The notes beneath the pieces are model-generated. The model did no database searches. It saw only the letters and a list, made by a program, of their open reading frames with translations, and was not told the DNA's origin. A stretch of 64,000 bases of DNA from an uncultured virus (IMG/VR IMGVR_UViG_3300037067_003438) (lineage: Duplodnaviria; Heunggongvirae; Uroviricota; Caudoviricetes): IMG/VR virus record IMGVR_UViG_3300037067_003438, one strand, 5' to 3'. Positions 11,028 through 21,730 of the stretch are shown one piece after another. Every line of letters begins with the position of its first letter. Positions within the stretch are counted from its first letter, which is position 1. The position numbers were made by a program, and so were the translations under genes.

Positions 11028-11237
11028 TTATTTCTTGATTATTGTCCACTTTCTAAAATTCCTAATATTTACGAAAATTCCAGGCACTACCACTAAAAGT
11101 AAGCCATAAATCCGACAATGTATAGCCACCCAAATCCACACTAAACATCCTAATAGATTACACGCAAATCCCCATTTATTCTTATTTCCTACCAGGATAT
11201 TACCAATTAATTCGGCACAGCCAGCGATTAAATCCAT
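11028..11237 (-). CDS. Small membrane protein, half-PnuC-like
   Basis: Three hydrophobic segments, KWGF and terminal N...KW pattern. Confidence 0.45.
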   Translation of the reverse strand: MDLIAGCAELIGNILVGNKNKWGFACNLLGCLVWIWVAIHCRIYGLLLVVVPGIFVNIRNFRKWTIIKK

Positions 11238-11250
11238 AGGATTTGTCTAC

Positions 11251-11820
11251 TTAATTATACACCGAATTTGATGATTTGCCTAAAAGTTTTTTCCAATCAA
11301 AGAATTTGAAATAATCTCCGTTTGGCTGGATCAGTCCTATGTCTATTCCAATTAAAAAATTTACCAGTTCGTCTATATCGTTGAATACATGGTCCACATT
11401 TACAGTCCAGTATATCCAGTTGGGAATTTTTTCTTTACCTTGTTTACAGAATATTAAAACAGGTTTTTTACTTTGGTTGGCGTTGAAAATTTCCTCATAA
11501 GTTCCACACATTGTGATAGAAGTATCAATAAATGCTATAATAATATCCGCCTTATCACAACATCGCAGATCGAAATTGCGGATTTGCCGTCCTTCATCGT
11601 GTAATTGCTTATATTTACCTTCGCTTTTCAATTTTGCGAAATGTTTATGTATATTTTCATCTTCTTTAAAATCGTCGGTTGGCTTGTCGGTTGGGTCAAG
11701 AATAATACATCCCATTTTTTGGAGTTCGGGCGTTAATTCTCGTCGCCACGACACACCACCATCTAAAGAGGCATCAATAGGTCCAGCCTCGTAGATCACA
11801 CATCCAGCTAATTTTCCCAT
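11251..11820 (-). CDS. Nucleoside 2-deoxyribosyltransferase-like protein
   Basis: IYEAGPI, WR, DL...D..D, GTYEE motifs. Confidence 0.7.
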   Translation of the reverse strand: MGKLAGCVIYEAGPIDASLDGGVSWRRELTPELQKMGCIILDPTDKPTDDFKEDENIHKHFAKLKSEGKYKQLHDEGRQIRNFDLRCCDKADIIIAFIDTSITMCGTYEEIFNANQSKKPVLIFCKQGKEKIPNWIYWTVNVDHVFNDIDELVNFLIGIDIGLIQPNGDYFKFFDWKKLLGKSSNSVYN

Positions 11821-12134
11821 TAAATATTTCCTATATCAAGATTAATTGGTATAACCCACGGATCATAAACTTTTAAATATGCCTTGTCTGACCATAGTGG
11901 TCGAGTTGTATAAACCACCCAGTCTTTGCCCTCTACAATTTCGTGATTTATTTCTGTTATTTCTACTTGATATGGAGGTCCACCACTAGCTGGTACAAAA
12001 ACCAAATCGCCTATTTTAAATCGTGGTTGCATCCAATTTCCTTGGAATAAATTATGTTCTCTTTGTATTCTAGCAAATTCTAATTCGGGTAAAATTTTCT
12101 TTGCTAATGATATATATGATCTTTTAAACATAAG

Positions 12135-12205
12135 AGCTTTTATAAGGAATCGAACCTTAATCTGAAGATTACAAATCTACTATAATGCCGTTATACTATA
12201 AAAGC
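12135..12205 (-). tRNA. tRNA-Thr(UGU)
   Basis: Acceptor GCUUUUA/UAAAAGC, anticodon loop UUUGUAA, T loop UUCGAUU; one U-U mismatch in anticodon stem; no encoded CCA. Confidence 0.85.
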
Positions 12206-12253
12206 TAATTAATAGTCTACAATGTGACTTATAGACTATTAATGAAAAATGAA

Positions 12254-12523
12254 TTACTTGTTTACTACAAATTTAAACAATCTAAAATCCCATCGCCATG
12301 TTCGATTAATTTCCCGCACACCCTCTTTTTTAACCTCTACTTTAATAACCCTCTTTTGCTTCACCTGATCTGGTTTGGCTTGATCGGGCTTGACTTGATC
12401 TGGACGAATAACCCCAACTCGTACTTGGTCTGGTTGAACCGGACCGCATACCGAAACTCGAACACCGGCTAAACTTGTTGAACATAATGCTAAACAAATA
12501 ACTGCACTTAAAATATACTTCAT
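12254..12523 (-). CDS. Small secreted protein with PDQ repeats
   Basis: Signal-peptide-like N-terminus; four PDQ units. Confidence 0.5.
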   Translation of the reverse strand: MKYILSAVICLALCSTSLAGVRVSVCGPVQPDQVRVGVIRPDQVKPDQAKPDQVKQKRVIKVEVKKEGVREINRTWRWDFRLFKFVVNK

Positions 12524-12540
12524 TTTGAAATCTCCGTAGT

Positions 12541-13011
12541 TTAATTAATACAAATTTGAACAGGATTTTTTTTATTGGGTAAAACATGGTCGTTGAATTG
12601 AACACGAATTTTCAATAAACCGTTTTCCACGGTTGCTTTAATAGTGTCAATATCAAAATAATATTTAGGAATCCAAACACCGCGTGAAAAACTAGATTGA
12701 TGGATTTCTCTAACATAATATTTATGATTGTTTTTTTCCACTTTATTAGACTTGTCATATTTTATAGTAAGATAATCCTTATCCCACTCTATAGAAATAT
12801 CGCTTTTGGTTAGTCCTGGAATGGTAGCCTCTATATAGTATGACTTATCAATGTCACTTCTATAGTAGTTTAATCGAGGGTAATTTCCCGTAGAATATAA
12901 ACCCTGATAAAATTTGGCTAGTTGTGGTGATAAATTTTCCACTAAAGGTTCAACAAAAAACTTATCTAAATCCACCCATTCTTTAGCAAATAAAGCATAA
13001 TAATCTAACAT
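12541..13011 (-). CDS. Small heat-shock protein (Hsp20)
   Basis: YPR.N, IPGLTKSDI, SFSR, A..ENGLLKI; AAGGAG RBS. Confidence 0.9.
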   Translation of the reverse strand: MLDYYALFAKEWVDLDKFFVEPLVENLSPQLAKFYQGLYSTGNYPRLNYYRSDIDKSYYIEATIPGLTKSDISIEWDKDYLTIKYDKSNKVEKNNHKYYVREIHQSSFSRGVWIPKYYFDIDTIKATVENGLLKIRVQFNDHVLPNKKNPVQICIN

Positions 13012-13102
13012 AACACAAACTCCTTATAAAAAGTAAGTTAAAAATAAGAGCGGCTTCACAGTGAATACCGCTCAATTAAGATATAAACCCAGATAGAATA
13101 AC

Positions 13103-13672
13103 TTATTCTACTGTGGTTTCACCAGTCTGTTGAATGGATAACTCGCCTGGTGTTGCCGGTGGAAATACGTCAGTCAAAACTGTATTCAACACTGATGCCT
13201 GACTCTTATTTCCAGCGTCATCAATATCTACCAAAGATAACTCTATGGCAGCATCTTGTGGACCAGAAAGACCGTTAACTTCAACAGCATCTTTAGCTAC
13301 TGCTGTGACAACAGCATCAGCATCACCAATTTTGACACTCAACTCACGACTCTCAACATCTGCGTCTACCACTGTGGGCAATACGACTTTAAAACTGATA
13401 ATATCCATGGTTTCTCCTGTCTGGATAAGGGTTAGGGAACCTGGCTTATAAGCCAGAGTAAACTTCAACGCTTTTATATCTTCTAAAACTTTATTTAATT
13501 TCAGAAGTATTTCATCTAATTTATGATCGGGACTATTTAATATAGTATCTAATTTACTATTTAGTTTCAAGTAATAGTTATCTATTTTTTGATTTGTTTT
13601 CAAGAAATTATTATCTGTTCTTAGGGCAAAATCTCTAAGTAATCTTTCTATTTCATAATTAAACATACCCAT
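13103..13672 (-). CDS. Hypothetical protein with beta-rich C-terminal domain (Ig-like?); possible internal start at MDIISF
   Basis: DDAGNKS..D..PP.TPG pattern typical of Ig/Fn3-like domain ends. Confidence 0.45.
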   Translation of the reverse strand: MGMFNYEIERLLRDFALRTDNNFLKTNQKIDNYYLKLNSKLDTILNSPDHKLDEILLKLNKVLEDIKALKFTLAYKPGSLTLIQTGETMDIISFKVVLPTVVDADVESRELSVKIGDADAVVTAVAKDAVEVNGLSGPQDAAIELSLVDIDDAGNKSQASVLNTVLTDVFPPATPGELSIQQTGETTVE

Positions 13673-13687
13673 AATATTTATCTCCAG

Positions 13688-13762
13688 TCAGTGTGGAAAG
13701 AATTGAACTTTCAACCTCGGGTTCCCAAAACCCGCACTCTAACCTAGTTGAGCTATACACTG
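13688..13762 (-). tRNA. tRNA-Pro(UGG)
   Basis: C1-G72 acceptor, D arm GCUC/GAGU, anticodon stem CGGGU/ACCCG with loop UUUGGGA, T loop UUCAAUU. Confidence 0.9.
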
Positions 13763-14193
13763 ATATCTATGTTTGTTAATCTTACATCATCGGAAATATG
13801 GTCTGGGATTAACCAACCGAAATCAATATCCGTAGCTTGTTTATATGCTAATCTTACGGCTGCCACACAATTTAATCTACCCCGTAATCTCCAGTTGAAT
13901 AACACAGAAGACCAAAAACTATATTTTCGTCCCACTAAGTCTAGTACTTGGGCGGCAATTTTATCACCATACACCCCATCTTTAAAACGCATGACTTTAT
14001 ATTCTTTATAGCGAAATCCAAATTCGACTAAATCGCTTTTGATAACACTTTTAATAGGTGCCATTTGTGATTCTACAATACCATCTTTAGTAAAGATTGA
14101 AGAATGATTAAAATAACCAGGCATTCCGTTATCTTCATCTTTAAAATTAACAGTTAAAATTATATCACCTGGTAGCAGGTTTTTGTAATTCAA
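13753..14193 (-). CDS. Permuted papain-like NlpC/P60 (YiiX-type) protein
   Basis: PGDIIL, YFNHSSI, GRKY, LNCVAAV...AY. Confidence 0.7.
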   Translation of the reverse strand: MNYKNLLPGDIILTVNFKDEDNGMPGYFNHSSIFTKDGIVESQMAPIKSVIKSDLVEFGFRYKEYKVMRFKDGVYGDKIAAQVLDLVGRKYSFWSSVLFNWRLRGRLNCVAAVRLAYKQATDIDFGWLIPDHISDDVRLTNIDISV

Positions 14194-15162
14194 GGTTATT
14201 CTCGATTTTATCTAATTGTTTGGATATTTCAGTTAGGCGTTGTTCAAGTGATTGACTGGTGGGTGTAACCGTAATTTTATATCCGAATAATGATCCTAAA
14301 ATAAGAATTATTGACCATGCCATTTTGGCGGCATCGACTTGTTTGTGCAACCATTCCCTCATAATATAATCTCTGCTCGTTGTCCAAAGCCAAACCCATC
14401 TAAAAATGATTCAATTGCCAACTTAGAACTGCTTAAAAAACGTAGAACGCTACCTTTATCCTGGTCATATAATTGTAGAACTGTGACCCGCTCTGTGACT
14501 TCGTATGGTGTGTTTCCACCTTCTTTAAATACTAATTGAGTGGTTTGGTGTTCGCCATCTTTTTTATAAAGGTCAAAATAATAGTAAGCCATTTGCCTCG
14601 TCCCTTGCCGCGTTTAATTCTTTTTCTAAATGCTGGATTTCATTCAACTTGTCTACTAATAAATTTTGCATTAGAACGATTTGTTCACATAATTGATTGG
14701 GTGCTTGAATTAAATATCTAGTATTATCTTCTGTCCAATGTCCTTCAATCATTCCAGGTGATTTACATTTCCACCTACTGTATAAAATTGCCGCTAGTTT
14801 TGTTTCTAATATCGTTTCCTTGTTTGTCATTATTTTTCTCGCAATACTTATTTCCTATTATACATTCATGTCGTAAAGGACAAACCAGCCCACAATAAAT
14901 GACCCGCCACGTTGCTGCAAAACCTTTAAAATATTTTAGAATAAAACTTTTTTCTGCTGCCTCAAATCCTACATCAAATCCTGCTTTTTCTGATAAAAAC
15001 CACTTCTCTTCTTCAATACACCTTTTTAATAATTCTGACTGTTTAGTAATAACATCCGTATTAACACAGTGACTAAACATATTGCGGACCTCTTAGTGTT
15101 ATTGTACATAATTACTTCCAAATATGTCCTAAGGTCATTGTTATAAATTCGCGGGTGGTGCC

Positions 15163-15837
15163 TCAATTAGCTATGCCACCATATATATTCATAAAATTAT
15201 CTTGTAAATATTTTATGCCACCTAAAACCTGTTGTATTAATTTAGTTCTATATACGTTAATATATCCAGTACCATATGGTAATTTACCTATTTTTTTAGT
15301 TTTAAATTTTGAGGTATCTTTAATACTAAATTTTCTAAAATGTTTATTTTCCAAGCCTGGAATATTAGATAACCACCAATTTTTTATATCTTGTTCGGAT
15401 AATCCGTTTTCTGTATGATAACATACTGTAAAAACTATATTATCAAAGTAACCTTCTTTTTTCAACCAATTAAATGCGATACGTATAATATTATTATCCG
15501 CATTTGCTATTCTAAATTCATTTTGGCTCTTAGAACCTTCGCCCCAATATAACATACATATTAATTGAAAATCAGTATCTATCTTAGCTCTATTATATCC
15601 ATCCTGATAAAATTCTAATCTTTTATCTCTGGCGTTTATTTTAATGTTATTATGATTAATAGAATTTCCTCTATTTTTATATAAAACATTCTTTTGTGAT
15701 TGTGTTAATTCTATATCGCGTACCCATATTGATACAGAACTTTTGGATACATGAACTTGTTTTGCTATATTAGATATAGATAAGCCCTGTTTACGCAATT
15801 CTATACATTGATTACATTGATTTGGTTTAGTCATCAC
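15163..15837 (-). CDS. HTH plus LAGLIDADG-like putative homing endonuclease
   Basis: N-terminal HTH LRKQGLSISNIAKQVHVSKSSVS and MLYWGEGSK motif. Confidence 0.6.
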   Translation of the reverse strand: MMTKPNQCNQCIELRKQGLSISNIAKQVHVSKSSVSIWVRDIELTQSQKNVLYKNRGNSINHNNIKINARDKRLEFYQDGYNRAKIDTDFQLICMLYWGEGSKSQNEFRIANADNNIIRIAFNWLKKEGYFDNIVFTVCYHTENGLSEQDIKNWWLSNIPGLENKHFRKFSIKDTSKFKTKKIGKLPYGTGYINVYRTKLIQQVLGGIKYLQDNFMNIYGGIAN

Positions 15838-16125
15838 GTCAAATATTTATTCTTTTTTATTTTTAATTTTACATATATTTTCAGCTATAGAATAATTAGT
15901 ATAGCACCCCATACTTAATCTTCCCGTGTTGAAATCCCGTAGATGAAATAATTTTTGATTTGGGAACATGGGTTCTTTTGAATCGTAATCTCTTGGTTCA
16001 ACTATATATCGCATTAAAAAATCCTTTATATATTAAAAATGCGGGGGATTATTCAATCGTTTCTTTAACGATGCGGCCCCCGCGTCAGCACGTTATTGGG
16101 TCGTAACGTTTTAACCCAGGTATTT

Positions 16126-16458
16126 TTACTTAAAAAGTACCAAAATTTGTGTAATAAACGCTATAATAGACGGTAAATTAGTCTTAATCCACTCCATAAT
16201 GGCGGTCCAATCCAGGGCTGTTGGGTCTGCCTCAATACTTGTATCTGCTGCTATTTTACCATCAGCCTTGGCTAAGTCAAGGCAGTGTTCTGCGATTTCT
16301 TGGATTAAATCCACTTCTTTGCCATCTTTGGTTTTACGATTAGAATTCCATAAAACACCCTGGATTTTTAACCAATCACCCAAACCAATTTTGCCTGTTA
16401 ATAAGCCCATTCGGGCCGCACTTCGTAATGTTGATGAAAACTGTGAACGACTTTTCAT
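16126..16458 (-). CDS. Hypothetical protein with amphipathic/hydrophobic C-terminus
   Basis: AGGAG RBS; C-terminal DWTAIMEWIKTNLPSIIAFITQILVLF. Confidence 0.6.
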   Translation of the reverse strand: MKSRSQFSSTLRSAARMGLLTGKIGLGDWLKIQGVLWNSNRKTKDGKEVDLIQEIAEHCLDLAKADGKIAADTSIEADPTALDWTAIMEWIKTNLPSIIAFITQILVLFK

Positions 16459-16781
16459 TTTATCTCCTATTTAAATAAATTATATGATCTTATCTTCTAA
16501 ATCTACGCCTAGAATAGTTCTGATTATTAGTTTGTTTATTAGTATTCGTATTATTATTTATATTAACCTGTGGCTGGGGCTTAACCTGTTCAGGTGATAC
16601 TGTCTTAATTGCCTCGGGTAATTTTTGTGGTGCAAATCCAGATGCTACAACGTCGGAAATAATAGTTCTTTGTGAATTTCTTACCGTTTCTTTAGCAGCA
16701 ACCACCGCGATTAACGATCTCCATCTACCAGCATAAATTGGTGTAGTCAAAATGAATACAATAAATATAAAAATTAATATC

Positions 16782-17747
16782 TTAAAGAAAAACTGATGTT
16801 CCATAATCTGGTAATTTCTGCTTTTTAAATCCAGTGTATTGAGAAAACGCAAAACTGTCTTGTCCTTTAAGGACTTTATCGCAAATACTTGCATCTTCCC
16901 ACCAACTACAACATGCTAGTTCTGATGATAGTTCATACGGTCCTACAGGTCCACTAACAGTATCCCGCCATCCACTATTAACTTTTAGCAATCCTGGACG
17001 AGAACCCCATCTAACTCCTACATAATTCATAGCATGAGAGTAACCCCTTCCACGACCAAACCCTTCACTATCACGACTACCTTCACACGTAGGATTACTC
17101 CCATGCGTATTTAGAATCGCGTAACCATTCATAATGAATTTTGCCGCAGTTTCAAAATCTGTAACCATTGTAGCGGTTTTGACTATATGTTCGCGGGCAA
17201 TTGGTTCCAAATCGTCTGGTACGCCAGTACGACCATATTCTTTTGCCCTACTTCCAATATATTCAGTAAAATCATAACCTTTTCCAAGGTCATACTTCTT
17301 ACGGTGAAGCGTGCCAAATTGCATTACAGATTTAGCGGCGGCACCTCCATACGCACCATCTCCACCATAATCAGGCTTGCCAAAAACCTCAACTCGCATA
17401 AATCCATATGCCGTTTCAGTACAACACGTATATAACATTTCTTCGGGCATATTTTGTAGAAAAATTTGCACACCCATAATAGTATCAACGGATTGAGCAC
17501 ATGCCCATGAACAACAGTCTCCTATTGCCTGTCGTCCAGCTTTCCAACCTGGAAATGCCTTCATTAGATAATGGGATAGTATAACATCCTTTTTCTCATC
17601 ATCAAACACACGAGAGGCTAACACTTTTCCGTCTGGTTCGTGTCCAATTTTCGCCAAAAGATTACAGAACATATCTGTTCCTTCTGGATTTGGAATATAT
17701 CCACCGAATAAATCAGAATCTTGAAAGCTACTTAGTTTCATTTCCAT
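16782..17747 (-). CDS. Papain-family (C1-like) cysteine peptidase
   Basis: Q..GDCCSWA (Cys), SHAM (His), NSGW (Asn). Confidence 0.75.
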   Translation of the reverse strand: MEMKLSSFQDSDLFGGYIPNPEGTDMFCNLLAKIGHEPDGKVLASRVFDDEKKDVILSHYLMKAFPGWKAGRQAIGDCCSWACAQSVDTIMGVQIFLQNMPEEMLYTCCTETAYGFMRVEVFGKPDYGGDGAYGGAAAKSVMQFGTLHRKKYDLGKGYDFTEYIGSRAKEYGRTGVPDDLEPIAREHIVKTATMVTDFETAAKFIMNGYAILNTHGSNPTCEGSRDSEGFGRGRGYSHAMNYVGVRWGSRPGLLKVNSGWRDTVSGPVGPYELSSELACCSWWEDASICDKVLKGQDSFAFSQYTGFKKQKLPDYGTSVFL

Positions 17748-18435
17748 AATTTAGTATCCCATTATATATTTCTTTTTTACGTTGTAGACAAAATCGTTTA
17801 TTGTCATATAATAAATGGTATAAAGTAAGAATATCTGGCTGCTTAGCAACCTGCAATTTGAATGCTTGTTTATTTTTTATTGGATATATATTACCTATAT
17901 TACCTATTTTACTGTTTAATCCTTCTAACATTTTTTTATCGGCGAAAGTTATACAGAAAGAATATCTTGGTTGAATTTTTGTAATAGGTTGTTCGGTTAT
18001 AAATATAGATCCATTACCATCAAATATTCCACGTAAATAATCGCCAATAAATTCTTTTGGTATATCTGGGCATGTTTCAAAACCCGTTTTTTTTTGTAAC
18101 ATACCGTATGATTGTATTGTTTTTACACAATTTTCGTTAATTGGAATTCTTAAATTAAATCCGTGCCGTTCTGGTAAATTATATTTTAGATTTTCTTTAA
18201 ATATAGCATTTTTTACAGGTCTGGTAGGCGATATTTCATTCCTAATAAATTCTAAAATTTCATAATCTTTTACGCTATAACATAATGTTTGTTTACGTCC
18301 ACCTGGTCTTTTATGTAAACATCCGTCCGCCATTGTAAATCCTAATACATAAGCCATATTATGTGACCAAACATCAAAATATTCATTATTTACTGGATAT
18401 TTGATAGTCATACTCATAATATTACTTCTTTCCAC
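17728..18435 (-). CDS. LAGLIDADG homing endonuclease (two motifs)
   Basis: YVLGFTMADGC and YLRGIFDGNGS. Confidence 0.85.
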   Translation of the reverse strand: MERSNIMSMTIKYPVNNEYFDVWSHNMAYVLGFTMADGCLHKRPGGRKQTLCYSVKDYEILEFIRNEISPTRPVKNAIFKENLKYNLPERHGFNLRIPINENCVKTIQSYGMLQKKTGFETCPDIPKEFIGDYLRGIFDGNGSIFITEQPITKIQPRYSFCITFADKKMLEGLNSKIGNIGNIYPIKNKQAFKLQVAKQPDILTLYHLLYDNKRFCLQRKKEIYNGILNYGNETK

Positions 18436-19204
18436 TCTCTTGGATGGCCCAAGCCACCGCTGTAAAAATAGCTATAGCATCATTTCTCTTTTGATCGGTT
18501 AATTCTACTATATCAAGTCCAAGTTTATCAGCCAAAGCCTTATCTATCATTTGACCTAATCCAGGATACCTAGACTTTATACCCGTATTTTGAAATGCTA
18601 TAGTTCCTGCATTAATATTTGTTTGACGTAATTGGTCTGTGGTTTTAATCACTTTTGTGTCTTTATCTCGTGTAAGCGTGTCAGCCATTTCAAGATAAAA
18701 ACTCTTTAGAGTCGCCACATCTTTCTTTAATTGAGATTTTTCACCCACTAAAATAGGGGTAATTGGACTTACTATACTAACCAAATCGCTTGACGGAGTT
18801 GGAATTTCGGGTGTAACTGGATCGGGTGGAACGGGAGTTGGATTACCCCCTCCATACACCAGGGTATGAAGTCCAACATCTGATTTATTATCTTCGGTAG
18901 CCACTAAAACGAAGTAAATCGTTCCAGCTTTCATTGAGGAATAATGTGCCCAATAACTGACAATCGGGGTACCCTTATCGTCTAATCCCCCAAATATAGG
19001 TAGAATAGTAAAACATGTTTCCTCACCCTGTGGTAAAACCCGCCATTGAAAATTTTTCCCTATAGAATTTGTTGTTTTTAACCAGACAGATTCGCCAATA
19101 ACAGCAGTGGCTTTAGCATCAATAATAGCCTTTGGGTCTGCGGCAAAAACGGCATATGTTGATACCAGTACAAGAGTTATCGCTAATAAGAATGATTTGA
19201 GCAT
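18422..19204 (-). CDS. Secreted/virion protein with proline-rich linker (start moved to MLKSF)
   Basis: Signal peptide; PTPVPPDPVTP linker; promoter at 19277..19292 overlaps the longer ORF start. Confidence 0.6.
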   Translation of the reverse strand: MLKSFLLAITLVLVSTYAVFAADPKAIIDAKATAVIGESVWLKTTNSIGKNFQWRVLPQGEETCFTILPIFGGLDDKGTPIVSYWAHYSSMKAGTIYFVLVATEDNKSDVGLHTLVYGGGNPTPVPPDPVTPEIPTPSSDLVSIVSPITPILVGEKSQLKKDVATLKSFYLEMADTLTRDKDTKVIKTTDQLRQTNINAGTIAFQNTGIKSRYPGLGQMIDKALADKLGLDIVELTDQKRNDAIAIFTAVAWAIQESGKK

Positions 19205-19579
19205 AAAGATTGTCCTAAAATAATTGACCGCACGATTTTTGAAAATTCGCTGTCTATTGAATAAACTTCCCACTGTATTATACACCGTTTTTGAAAATTT
19301 AGATTACAATTTAGGTTCCCAAATTTATGCTTCAAGTTCCGCCATTTCTTGTGCTATAATATCCTCATAAGTTTGAAATTCTGGGCGAGAAGTATTATAT
19401 TGTGCAGCCCGCATTGGCGATGTTAATAGATAGTCTGGAATACAAAGCGGCTTGCCCTGGCATTTAACCACAACATAATCGTAATAATTTTCTAAAACCA
19501 CATAATCAACGCCTGGTTTGGCATTAGCATAAACTTGACAAACACCAACTAATTCTTTAATCACTTAATTATCCTCAAT

Positions 19580-20008
19580 TTAAAGTTCGTAAACAAATAC
19601 TTCTTTTCCTAATTTTTCCATTTCCTGAATTAAACTATCGCTTCCGACATCTTCGCCCTGTATCACCACCACAGCATTATCCGCGTATTTAGCTAAAGCC
19701 CTGTTCTTATCGAAACCAGCCTTGGCATTATATTTACCAAATTGACCCTCTCTAATTATTACACCAGGCGCGTCTAAATTATCCCATTCAGCGGGAATGT
19801 GCTTTATTTTAATATCATTTTGTTTAGCCCACGTTTCCCCGCATTTCTCCATTCCTTTAGTGTCACCACAAACCACTTCTGTAATTTTACCCTCTAGATC
19901 ATGTTCTTGAAGAATTTTTACTAACAGTTTATAATCAAATACACTTCGTGATCCACTAATTATAGTCTTAATGATAAACACTCCTATTAATAATTGATAA
20001 AAATGCAA
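19580..20008 (-). CDS. SLOG superfamily (DUF2493/YspA-like) protein
   Basis: IISGSR, VVCGD.KG, PAEW, AG..KN..LA.YAD. Confidence 0.75.
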   Translation of the reverse strand: MHFYQLLIGVFIIKTIISGSRSVFDYKLLVKILQEHDLEGKITEVVCGDTKGMEKCGETWAKQNDIKIKHIPAEWDNLDAPGVIIREGQFGKYNAKAGFDKNRALAKYADNAVVVIQGEDVGSDSLIQEMEKLGKEVFVYEL

Positions 20009-20027
20009 ATTGTCTTTGTCTATCTAT

Positions 20028-20055
20028 ATTATACTACATCTTCTTGGTTTGTCAA
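20028..20055 (-). promoter_or_regulatory. Sigma70-type promoter TTGACA-16-TATAAT
   Basis: Consensus hexamers; CGGACTTGACAAACC shared with the promoter at 39868..39895. Confidence 0.7.
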
Positions 20056-20458
20056 GTCCGACTCACAAATTTCGTCAGAGCCACACCGTGGGCAAAATTG
20101 GTCGGGTGGTTCACACCCGTCATTGTGCCATATGACTTCATAAACTAATAAGCAGTTGATACATTTATTGACCATGCTAATTTTTGTTTCAACATTTAGA
20201 CAATTTCTTCTATCATAGAATTAATGTTGGGATATAATAATATTGCTTCTTTTTCGTAAATATATTTTATCGGACCATTTCCAAGAGCATAAATTGTTTT
20301 ACTCTTATATTTCCAGATATGTAATCTATTACCTAGTGGTAGGTCTACAGTAGAGTAATATGCTATACTATTACCAGACAAATCAGGTTGTAGAAATTTT
20401 TCGTGGAATTTTTGGATACCAAACCACCGTTCTTCCGTCATGTTGTTTGGATACATCA

Positions 20459-20905
20459 CTAACTTTCTAATAATTCTAATGTATTATATAATATTTGCTT
20501 CAATTCATCAGAATAACCAAATCTTTGTTGATTAATTTCAATGGACTTACGAATATTTCCGTCATTATGTCTTTTGGTGGCGGCAACCCAATCACAAATC
20601 ATTTCAAGAATATCCACTAAATTCATATCGTGAATACCATGCAAAAACCCTTCTGGGTGATGTCTTGTATTAGCATAATGATGGATTAGAGTTGGCTCCA
20701 TAGATTTAAGTTGTTCTTTATATTCTGCTGAGCCATATGTTAAACCCGCTAATTTTACCGTACATTCTTCAAATACCTCTACCTCTGGACTTTCTAATTT
20801 GGGTGCATCGTGTGTGCGACCCCTTTCATATAATTCATTTGCTAATTTATTAATAAATTTTTGAACAGTAAGAATGTGTTTATATGTTTCTTCTTTAGCA
20901 GACAT
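20459..20905 (-). CDS. HD-type (DUF5662-like) protein
   Basis: T..H, HD.PK, HHY.N.RHHPE, EMICDW. Confidence 0.7.
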   Translation of the reverse strand: MSAKEETYKHILTVQKFINKLANELYERGRTHDAPKLESPEVEVFEECTVKLAGLTYGSAEYKEQLKSMEPTLIHHYANTRHHPEGFLHGIHDMNLVDILEMICDWVAATKRHNDGNIRKSIEINQQRFGYSDELKQILYNTLELLES

Positions 20906-21454
20906 CTTTTATTACCCAATCTGGTTCAAAAATTCTAATTTTACACATTGGACATAAAATATATGGAACATCACCCTTTTTACATACACCAGATAACACC
21001 TCGTATCCTTTGGAATTAATATAAGTTCTAATTCTTACTGGTTCGTCTTCATAAAATTCAAATATTGTTTCGCAATTATTACATATACATCTATATAACT
21101 TCTTTTCTATAATTGGCATTTTACCATATTTAATAACATTCATTATGATCTCCTAACCATTTCTACTAATTTATTCAATCTTTCTATTTGAATTTGTCTA
21201 CATTTATCACATCCTTTACCATTATTACATGTGGGGGGATAAATACCAACATAATGTTTAGAATTACCGCAATCTTTCAGTCGATCTGGAAGAGGTGGTG
21301 GTTTAACTTTAGGTTTATAGGGTATAACCTCTATACCAGCCTCTCTTAATTCATATTCCGAACACCTTAATTCGGTACCTTTTTTATTAAGTGGACATGG
21401 AGAAGCACACGTACACATACAATATCCATCTTCACCAATTTTAATAGCCATAAT

Positions 21455-21691
21455 TTAATTTCCTGCTATAATACAAGCGTACCAAATACCCTCTTCTGAT
21501 TTAGCCATATCTCCACCTACAAATTTATATTCTTTACGAGCGATTGTCCAGTGTCCTGGCGAACCCCTCCAACTATCCCACATTTGTTTGGCAATTTGAT
21601 CTAAATCTTCATTTTCGTCTATAGATATAATACCTTTATGACATGCCCCAAAATCTAATGTAGTATCTTTAAACGATGTACCCAGGCTATG
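21455..21691 (-). pseudogene. Truncated C-terminal CAP/SCP domain fragment
   Basis: Frame encodes ...MWDSWRGSPGHW...YKFVG..MAKS..GIWYAC; upstream in-frame TAG and no ATG before the domain. Confidence 0.5.
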
Positions 21692-21730
21692 CTAATCCAA
21701 CTTCAAATAATGCTTCTGCGGGAGTTTTAT

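Noticed and set aside
15154..15180. GGUGGCAUAGCUAAUUGAG resembling a tRNA 5' end at the end of an endonuclease gene
   Set aside because: No anticodon or T arm follows; at most a remnant or short hairpin.
17728..18435. LAGLIDADG gene as part of an intron or intein
   Set aside because: It overlaps both complete neighbouring genes by a few codons, with no room for intron core sequence and no intein motifs, so it is free-standing.
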